Assembly: GCA_013285465.1 (NCBI GenBank)
Contig: CP053449.1
Location: forward strand, 1,634,735-1,698,734
Reading direction: 5' to 3'
DNA length: 64,000 bases
DNA from: Pseudomonadota bacterium
Lineage (GTDB): Bacteria; Pseudomonadota; Alphaproteobacteria; Micavibrionales; CSBR16-224
Of the stretch, positions 47,473 through 55,366 are shown in pieces. The stretch's first letter is position 1. Each line of letters opens with the position of its first letter. The notes under the pieces were generated by a model. The model saw only the letters and a list, made by a program, of their open reading frames with translations. It made no database searches and was not told the origin of the DNA. A program made the translations under genes and the position numbers.

Positions 47473-50400
47473 TTCTCTCCCGCCGAGGAGGTCACAAATT
47501 CCTCCTCCACTTGCAATTCATGGCAACAGCTGTGTTTCTTCCACAGTTTTTTCACCACGTCCGTCACGGCTTGCAAACGCTTGCGCGCCAGCTTTTCATC
47601 TTCCTGTTTTACGGTATAGGCCAGACGCAAGACAATCGGGCGGTCACGCATTTGTTCCAGAACTTGTTCCAACTGGCTGTGGAAATCCGGCTTTAAGTCG
47701 GTTTCGCCTGACAGGAAGGCATCATCGCGCATATCGACCCGCACGACCTTATGAATGGCGGCACCGAAATTGATCTTTGCCATCTTTCCGCGCGTCGCGC
47801 GGATAATGCGCGGGTTTTCCGTCGTGACGCGATAGCCTGTCGGCAGCGTGCGTTCATCCAGCTTCATAATGAAATTACTGCCGCGCTCTTCATCAGGAAT
47901 AGCAGCACAGGCAACATGGAAACGCCCTTGCGCATCCGTTGTCACCAACAAACCGTTCACAGTTGCCAGACGCACGGCGGGAATGCCCGGCTCACCCTCA
48001 TCCTGATAGCCGTTGGTGTTTTTATCATCAAAGACCTTTCCGATCAGATCGGCGCAATCAAAAACCGGATCAGGGACAACACGCACCGTTGCTGTTGCCA
48101 CATTGGAAGCCGCATTGGCAAAACCCGGCGGCACCAGATTATTGATCGCCTCGACACGGTTCACATACTCACCCGGCTGCACACCCGCGCCGACGACAAG
48201 GATCATTTTAAATGTCCGCGTCGCCCCCGCCGCAATGGTCAAATTCGGCCAGGTCAGCGTTCTGTTCACAACGGTCGGCTCAGTCGCCACCCCATCCAGT
48301 GTCGCGCTTCCGGCTTTGTATTTAAAGCCCGGCGGAATGGTGTCGATAATGTTGATATTGGTCAAATTCGCCGCCAGAGTATTGCGCGCCGTAATCGTAT
48401 AAGGCACAAGCTGGCCGATGCTGACATTGGTCATCGGCGTCGTTTTGGTCAAAACGATGGCACTGTCCAGCACCGGATCCAGCGGAATATGGTTGTTGAC
48501 CAGATTGGCCGATGTCGCCGGATCAATGACAAAACTGAAATAATGCTGGGTCGTCGCCTGATCGGCAGGCGTAAAGGCAGCGGTTGTCGCCGGACAGGCC
48601 GCAGGGTTATGCGCGGGTGCAGCAAGCACCGGTGCCAGGGCACTCGTCTGCACTTGCGCAGGATCGGGCGGCGGCGGCGAGACTGTCAGCGTATTCGCAC
48701 ACACCGGAATAATCGCCGATGGCACCGGAATGTAAGCGCCGGGATAGCTTGAAATCGAAAGTGTATAGGTTCCCGCAGGCGCGGCAGGCGTTAACAGGAA
48801 CTGGTACAAACCATCTGCGGCGGTCGTTACTGTTGCCGTGCCGCCGACAAGATGCACTGCCGGATTAAATCCGACAGGCCCCGCGATTGTCACATCTGCC
48901 CCCGCAACCGGTAAACGGGTAATGGAATCATAGACCACACCCGCCGGATCCAGCGGCAGACTTTGCTCGATAATATTATCACCTGCCAGCAATGACAGAT
49001 TGCTTAATGTACCATCGCCACTGGACAGATCCGCACCCGCCGGATTTCCGGCATTGGTGCCGCCATTGCTGGTTGATGCCCCGGTATCACGCGTTCCGTT
49101 CGCGGGCACAATCCCCTGCTCATTCGGCAGGGCGCGTCCGTAAATCAAGCCTGTTGTCGGTTCACGGAACTGGATTTTATATCCTGCCCCCGGTGCGATA
49201 CCGTTAAAGGCATAAGTGCCATCCGCCGCCGTTGTCGCTGTACTGACGATAATATTGTTGAACAGCAATTCAACCGTCCATCCCTGCACAAGCGGCTCAC
49301 CTCCGTCAATCTGGCGGTCATGGTCATAATCGCGCCAAATCGTGCCGCTGATATCGGCCACATTGGCAATCGCCACCGTATCGGTATCGGTATTATTGCC
49401 GTCAAAACCGGGGGGCTCACCGCCGCCGGAGACAACTGCCGTATTTACCAGCAACTGCCCCGCCGTACCGCCCGCCACAGCAACACGCAAAGAAATCGGG
49501 TTACCGTTACCGCCTGCCGCAATCACGTCTGTGCTGGTACAAGTGACGGTCGTATCGCCGATTGCTCCGACACAAGCCCAGCCTGTTCCCGTCGCCGGTG
49601 CAGCAACTGTCATACCGACCGGCAGCGTATCAACAACAGTGACCGTACCGGAGGTTGCCACCGTTCCGACATTCGACGGTGTGATCGTAAATACACCGGT
49701 CGTCGACCCCTCACCAAAACTGGACGGCGCATGGGTTTTCAGAATTGTCAGATCAGGCGCCGCTCCCGGCACTTCGGCAAAATTATTACCGCCCGATACC
49801 GTATTCGCACCTGTTAAATCAAAACCCGCAATACGGCTGGTTGTTGCCGTCGGGTTGCTGGCAACGCCGCCGGTGCTGCCGGCCGTCACAATCCCGTTGG
49901 TTGTGCCTGTTGCCTGTGCAGGCTGATCCAGCGTATAGGTTCCCGGCGGCAATCCGGTAAAACCGTAATCCCCGTTTGCATCCGTCAGTGTCGTTGCGCT
50001 GACGGGATTGGTGTTGATATCCGTTCCTGTCAGATTGATCGTCTGGTTTGACAACCCATATTCCGTCCCATTCAAAACACCGTCATTATTGTAATCAAGA
50101 AAGACATTCCCCAGCGCGCTGCGTCCATTGATGATCTCCGCAAAATTATTATCGGCGGCTGTCGTGTTCGGCGGCAGGATAATCGTGGCAATCACGCTCG
50201 GCACCGTTGCGGGATTTGTCGGCGTCCCCGCCGTACCGCCATTGGGAACCGCACCTGCTGTCGTAATACCGTTTGATGTCCCCGCAGGCTGGTTCGGCTG
50301 GCGCACCGAATAAGTCGCGGGCTGCAGCCCCGTAAAGTTGTAAGCCCCTGTGGCGTCTGTCGTATCGGTTGTGATGACGGCATTGCCCGCATCCAGTAGC

Positions 50401-53400
50401 TCGATCAACTGTCCGGCAATCCCCGTATCACCACCATTCTGGATGCCGTTGTTATTGGCATCCTGAAAGACCGTTCCCGAAATAGCTGAGAGAACGATTT
50501 CCGCAAAATTATTTCCGGTCGAGCCGCTGACCTCGCCGCCCGCACCGTCATTATTCAGAATGATATTGATGATCTGACTGCTTGTTGCTGTCGGGTTCGA
50601 AGCCGTCCCTGCCGTTCCGGTACTGCCATTGACACTGCCGATCGCCCCTGCCGTTGTCGTGCCGTTACTGGTTCCCGCAGGCTGGGCATTTTGGCAGACG
50701 GAATAAGTGCCGCCCGCAAGGCCGGAGAACAGATAATTCCCCGCCGCATCCGTCAGTTGCGTATCCAGCAATGCGCCGCCGCAGGTTGCGCCGCTGCGTA
50801 GCTCCACCGCTTCGCCGGAAATCACCGCATCAGTGCCTGACTGGAACACACCATCGGGCGCGACATTATTGTCGCGGAACATTTTACCGGAAATAAAGCC
50901 CAGCGTACTGACTGATAAAACCGCATTCGCAGGCTGCTGGTTATTGCCCAGATTGGTCTGCAGACGCCCTGCCGGAATGTTGTTTGTATGATCGCCCGGC
51001 GTGTTTGCCGTGACATCAACGCTGATCGTACAGCCGCCTGCCGGAATAGATGCGCCATTCGCATAGCTGATTGTTGCCGCCCCTGCCGCTGCCGTGACAG
51101 CCCCCGGACAGGTTTTCACAACATTCGGCACAGGTGCGACCAACACCGCTCCCGGAGCCGTTGGCAAATTATCAGTAAAGATTGAGGTCAGAGTCAGCGG
51201 TACCGTATTATCATTACCAAGGAAGATCGTCATGGTCGAGACGCTGCCTTGCGGAATAACTGCCGGATCAAACTGTTTACTGACTGTCGGCGGCGTTGAA
51301 ACCAGAAGCTGTGCACTGGTTGGTTCCTGATTACTGACGCCTTCAAAAGTCGTAACAGCACCTGCCGCCAGTGTATTGGTATAGCTGCCGGAAATATTGC
51401 TGAGGACATTCACGCTCACGGTACAGGAGCCGCTACCCGGAATTGTCGCTCCGCTCAAGCTGATGCTTGTTGCAGAGGCCGGTGCCGTGACCGTGCCGCC
51501 CGCACAGGTGGTCGAAGCTCCCGGTGTTGGCGCAACAACAAGACCTGCCGGGAGGTTATCCGTGAAGGATGCCGCCGTCAGCGCCGCCGCATTCGCATTC
51601 GCCAGATTGATCGTCAGCACTGCAGAAGCACCCGGCGCCCGCGATGCCGTGCCTGTCGTAAATCCGGCAGGATTGCCCGCATCCAGTGTAAAATTGGCAA
51701 TCGCTTTATGGATGACCACCGGCGATTTGGCCCGCAGCGTATCATCGGTCGGGTCGGAGTTTGTTGCGGAGGCACCGCCAACCGTTGCCGAAACAGCCCC
51801 CGCCGGAATGGTGTTGAGAAAGTCGCCTTCCGTCGAGGCAACCACGTCAATTTCCCCGTAACAGGAGGCCGCCGTACCGCCGGACGCCGCCCCCAGATTT
51901 GCACCCGAGATTTGCACCTGCCCCGCCGCCGGAGACGATATCGTGCCGCCCGCACAAGTGGTAACGGGGTTCGGGCTGCTGGGTACCGTCACATTCGCAG
52001 GCAGATTATCCGTAACGGAAATTCCCGAAGCCGGTTGCGCCGTCGCATTGTATAATGTAATCCGCAGGCGCGACCGCTGCCCGACCGAGACCACATTCGG
52101 CGTAAATTGTTTGGTAATGCCGACATTGCTTTGAATCGTCAGACTGGTGGTCGCCTGCCCGCTATTGGTCAACCCTTGATCGGTCTGAATCGCATTGGCG
52201 GGAATAAAGTTTGTAATCCCGCCGACTGTGGTCGAGCTGACATTGACCGCAATCGTACAAGACGCATTTGCCAGCATGCTTGCCCCCGCAAGCGAAAGCG
52301 ATGTCGCACCCGGTATTGCCGTCACCGTACCGCCGGTACAGGTTGTTGCTGCGGCAGGCGTCGGCGCGATAATCATGCCATTCGCCGCCGCGCCCATTGT
52401 ACCGTCTGCGGTAAAGTAATCCGCTAGCGACAGCCCCGTCACATCCAGCGAGCCGTTCGTCACCGTAATCGTCAGACGGCTTATCTGCCCCGGGAAAGTC
52501 AAGGTACTGGGATTGGTCGTTTTCGCAACCGTCAGATTCGTCGGCGGATCAAAGACCAGCGTTCCCGTCACAGCCGTCTGGTTACTCACGCCGCCCGTTG
52601 CCGTCAGATTGCCGATGGGGATCGTGTTGATCCAGTTCGCCGCTCCGGTTGCCACAACATCAAACAGCAGATCACAACTGCCGCCGCCCGCCAAATTCGC
52701 CCCCGTCATCGTCAGGCTGCCGTCACCGGGATTACCCGTAATGACCGGACTGCCCGCACAGGTCGCATAAGCATTGGTCGGATTGGCTAGCACCATTCCC
52801 GCAGGCAGCGGATCCGTGACACTGACATTCGCCAAGGCGACCGCGCCGCTATTCGTCATACGCACCGTGACTGTCGATTTACCGCCGGAGGAAACGCTGG
52901 AAGGGCTGAATGTTTTGACTGCGCCAAGCGCCGAGGTGAAAGTAATATTCGCCGTATTCGAATTCAGCGGCCCGACCCCCGCAGTCGTTCCATCTGCATA
53001 AGTCTGCGTTCCCGCAAGCGTTGCCGTATTGCTGTAAATTCCGGCAGGCGCAATCACATCGACCTGCACCACGCAAGTTCCAGATGCGCCCGTACCGCCG
53101 CTTGCCCGCGCAGGAACCGTTGCACCGTTCATAGAAAATGACGTCGCATTCGGCGTTGCCGTCACCGTACCGCCAGCGCAGGTTGTTGCCGCATTCGCCG
53201 GTGTCGCCACACGCATCTGTCCGCCGCTGCCCGCCAATGGCAGGTTATCACTCAGCGAGACATTATTCATCGGATTTGCCGACAGATTCGACAGGGTGAC
53301 CGTCAAGCGCGTAATGGCACCCTCCGAAAGCGGGCCGGCGGGCGAGAAAGCTTTCACGGCAGACAAGACCGCCGTATTGATTGTTCCTGATACGCTATTG

Positions 53401-55232
53401 GAGGAACCGCCGTTACAGGTCGCCCCCGCATTGTAACAGACTGACCCCGCCGCCAAGGTGTTGGAATAGGATGATCCGTTTGCCGCGCCGGAATCCGTCA
53501 TTGCCCAGAAGGTAACCGTACAGCTGCCCGGCGTATTCACATCCGCCCGCGCCGGAACCGTGCCGATGGTAAAGACCGGTGTTGTCGTTCCGGTCGCCCC
53601 CGTGACCGTCAACCCCACACAACCTGTACCGCCCAATACCGGCGTAAAATTCAAACTGCCGATTGTTCCCGTCAGAAACGTCTGCCCGTTTGTCAGCGTT
53701 TCATTAATATCCAGATTATTCAGCGCCGATGCCAGCCAGTTCTGTACCGTCACCGTATAGCTGACAGGGCTGCCCGGCGCCGCGCTTGACGGTGTGCGGG
53801 ATTTCAGGACACGCAGATCATCCACAACCAGAATGGAGGAAGAAGTATTCTGGCTGACCACACCGGCCGTTGCCGTTGTTACCGCGCCTTGCGCAATACT
53901 GTTCGTATAGGTAATGGGCGTATTCGGATTTTGTACCGTCGCGGTAAAAGGCGCAGTGATGGTACAGCTGCCGCCTGCGGCAATCGTGGTATTTCCCGTT
54001 TGCGTAATACCGGTATTCCCTGCTGTGGCCGCATAAGTTCCGGCAGTCCCCGTCCCCGTACAGGCGACCCCGACCGCGCCGCTGATTTTTAAGCCGAAAC
54101 CGGCATTACCGATCCCGTCAATCGGATCATCGGTAAAACCCGTCACCGTCAATGGCGCGGTTCCCGTATTGGACATGACAATCGAAAAACTGTCATCCTG
54201 CCCGCTGGAAACGGCGCTATGCGCAAAACTTTTACTGACATTCAGCGGCGAACGCGTACGGACGGAAGCGCTGGCATTATTCGGCACGATGCCGACATCA
54301 CTGCTGAAATCCGTTGCGCCAACAATCGTATTGCTCTGAAAGCCTGTATCATAAACACCGTTGGTATGACTGGCCACGACCGCAACAGTGATCGAACAGC
54401 TGGAATTGGCGGCAATGGTACCGCCCGTCGCCGTTACCGATGTCGCCCCTGCCACAGGCGTGAATGTTGCAGGTGTTCCGCCGCCCGTACAGCTGGAATT
54501 ACTGACAACGGGGCTGGCCACTTCGATAATCGGCGTCCCCAAAGACGGGAAATTATCCGTAACGCTGAAATTTGCCAGCGCAACGGGATTGCTGTTGCTG
54601 ACCGTGATTGTCAGCGTGGCGGAACCGCCGCCGAGAACCAGCGTGTTATTACTGAAAGATTTACTTATGACCGGACGCGCAAAGGCCCGCACATTCACGC
54701 TTTGACTGACATTACCGGAATTCGCGACAGCTGCGCCGTCATCTCCCGTGACCGCACCATCGGCAATCGTATAGCTGTAGGTTGCCGCATTCCCTGTCGA
54801 GGTCCCCGCCGTGACGGGAACAATAATCGTACAAGTTCCATCCGTATTATTTGCCCGCGCCGGAATTGTACCGCCACTGAGCGAAATGGCCTGCGTGCCG
54901 TTGACAGCCGTCAATGTCCCCGCCCCCGGATTGACGACAGGAACGGAAGGATCGGTACATGTATAGGTCGCGGCACCGGCAATGCTGAGGCCGTTCGGCA
55001 ATGTGCCGGGCAAGCTGTTACTGAAAGCGACAGCCGTCACCGGCGCAACCGTATTATTATTGGACAGGGTGATTTCAAGTTGTGTGATTTCGCCGGGATA
55101 AATATCTGTCGGCTGCCCTGTGACCAGCGTCACGGAAGCCCCCAATGCTGCATAGGCGGTTCCCGACCACAAAATCCCGCATAACAGAATGATGCAGGCA
55201 AGAAACTTTTTCAATCTACGCTGGACGATCAT
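47469..55232 (-). CDS. Giant (2587 aa) secreted repeat protein with ten Cys-pair Ig-like modules, SdrD-B/Cna-B-like repeats, DUF11-like repeats and a degenerate C-terminal OmpA-like module
   Basis: Signal peptide LACIILLCGILWSGTAYA. Repeats carry ...TLTITVSN...V(S/T)DNLP...TC(A/T)GGT...SCT(I/V).V. SdrD-B-like repeats: G.VF.D.N.NG..D.G..G......L......TTTDA.G.Y.F.GL..G.Y. DUF11-like: LTILKTHAP...VVDTLPVGM...WAC...VTC. Confidence 0.85.
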   Translation of the reverse strand: MIVQRRLKKFLACIILLCGILWSGTAYAALGASVTLVTGQPTDIYPGEITQLEITLSNNNTVAPVTAVAFSNSLPGTLPNGLSIAGAATYTCTDPSVPVVNPGAGTLTAVNGTQAISLSGGTIPARANNTDGTCTIIVPVTAGTSTGNAATYSYTIADGAVTGDDGAAVANSGNVSQSVNVRAFARPVISKSFSNNTLVLGGGSATLTITVSNSNPVALANFSVTDNFPSLGTPIIEVASPVVSNSSCTGGGTPATFTPVAGATSVTATGGTIAANSSCSITVAVVASHTNGVYDTGFQSNTIVGATDFSSDVGIVPNNASASVRTRSPLNVSKSFAHSAVSSGQDDSFSIVMSNTGTAPLTVTGFTDDPIDGIGNAGFGLKISGAVGVACTGTGTAGTYAATAGNTGITQTGNTTIAAGGSCTITAPFTATVQNPNTPITYTNSIAQGAVTTATAGVVSQNTSSSILVVDDLRVLKSRTPSSAAPGSPVSYTVTVQNWLASALNNLDINETLTNGQTFLTGTIGSLNFTPVLGGTGCVGLTVTGATGTTTPVFTIGTVPARADVNTPGSCTVTFWAMTDSGAANGSSYSNTLAAGSVCYNAGATCNGGSSNSVSGTINTAVLSAVKAFSPAGPLSEGAITRLTVTLSNLSANPMNNVSLSDNLPLAGSGGQMRVATPANAATTCAGGTVTATPNATSFSMNGATVPARASGGTGASGTCVVQVDVIAPAGIYSNTATLAGTQTYADGTTAGVGPLNSNTANITFTSALGAVKTFSPSSVSSGGKSTVTVRMTNSGAVALANVSVTDPLPAGMVLANPTNAYATCAGSPVITGNPGDGSLTMTGANLAGGGSCDLLFDVVATGAANWINTIPIGNLTATGGVSNQTAVTGTLVFDPPTNLTVAKTTNPSTLTFPGQISRLTITVTNGSLDVTGLSLADYFTADGTMGAAANGMIIAPTPAAATTCTGGTVTAIPGATSLSLAGASMLANASCTIAVNVSSTTVGGITNFIPANAIQTDQGLTNSGQATTSLTIQSNVGITKQFTPNVVSVGQRSRLRITLYNATAQPASGISVTDNLPANVTVPSSPNPVTTCAGGTISSPAAGQVQISGANLGAASGGTAASCYGEIDVVASTEGDFLNTIPAGAVSATVGGASATNSDPTDDTLRAKSPVVIHKAIANFTLDAGNPAGFTTGTASRAPGASAVLTINLANANAAALTAASFTDNLPAGLVVAPTPGASTTCAGGTVTAPASATSISLSGATIPGSGSCTVSVNVLSNISGSYTNTLAAGAVTTFEGVSNQEPTSAQLLVSTPPTVSKQFDPAVIPQGSVSTMTIFLGNDNTVPLTLTSIFTDNLPTAPGAVLVAPVPNVVKTCPGAVTAAAGAATISYANGASIPAGGCTISVDVTANTPGDHTNNIPAGRLQTNLGNNQQPANAVLSVSTLGFISGKMFRDNNVAPDGVFQSGTDAVISGEAVELRSGATCGGALLDTQLTDAAGNYLFSGLAGGTYSVCQNAQPAGTSNGTTTAGAIGSVNGSTGTAGTASNPTATSSQIINIILNNDGAGGEVSGSTGNNFAEIVLSAISGTVFQDANNNGIQNGGDTGIAGQLIELLDAGNAVITTDTTDATGAYNFTGLQPATYSVRQPNQPAGTSNGITTAGAVPNGGTAGTPTNPATVPSVIATIILPPNTTAADNNFAEIINGRSALGNVFLDYNNDGVLNGTEYGLSNQTINLTGTDINTNPVSATTLTDANGDYGFTGLPPGTYTLDQPAQATGTTNGIVTAGSTGGVASNPTATTSRIAGFDLTGANTVSGGNNFAEVPGAAPDLTILKTHAPSSFGEGSTTGVFTITPSNVGTVATSGTVTVVDTLPVGMTVAAPATGTGWACVGAIGDTTVTCTSTDVIAAGGNGNPISLRVAVAGGTAGQLLVNTAVVSGGGEPPGFDGNNTDTDTVAIANVADISGTIWRDYDHDRQIDGGEPLVQGWTVELLFNNIIVSTATTAADGTYAFNGIAPGAGYKIQFREPTTGLIYGRALPNEQGIVPANGTRDTGASTSNGGTNAGNPAGADLSSGDGTLSNLSLLAGDNIIEQSLPLDPAGVVYDSITRLPVAGADVTIAGPVGFNPAVHLVGGTATVTTAADGLYQFLLTPAAPAGTYTLSISSYPGAYIPVPSAIIPVCANTLTVSPPPPDPAQVQTSALAPVLAAPAHNPAACPATTAAFTPADQATTQHYFSFVIDPATSANLVNNHIPLDPVLDSAIVLTKTTPMTNVSIGQLVPYTITARNTLAANLTNINIIDTIPPGFKYKAGSATLDGVATEPTVVNRTLTWPNLTIAAGATRTFKMILVVGAGVQPGEYVNRVEAINNLVPPGFANAASNVATATVRVVPDPVFDCADLIGKVFDDKNTNGYQDEGEPGIPAVRLATVNGLLVTTDAQGRFHVACAAIPDEERGSNFIMKLDERTLPTGYRVTTENPRIIRATRGKMAKINFGAAIHKVVRVDMRDDAFLSGETDLKPDFHSQLEQVLEQMRDRPIVLRLAYTVKQEDEKLARKRLQAVTDVVKKLWKKHSCCHELQVEEEFVTSSAGEK

Positions 55233-55366
55233 ACAAAATCCCGTGTCATTTTTCCGCCCTTAGATAGGCAGAAAAAAAGTCAAAGACACCCCTCCAACAG
55301 AGTAGAATATTATTCCATGACTGTAAACGGATAGACAGAAAACATATGGCCTGCATTCACCGTATT

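Noticed and set aside
47751-55184. Long plus-strand ORFs opposite the giant repeat gene (for example 47751..48752 at 333 aa, 49342..49926, and 54219..55184 at 321 aa).
   Set aside because: Their translations are Arg/Gly/Cys-rich and low in complexity, as expected for antisense frames of a GC-rich, Thr/Gly/Ala-rich repeat gene. They have no RBS or family resemblance, and the minus-strand frame is clearly coding.
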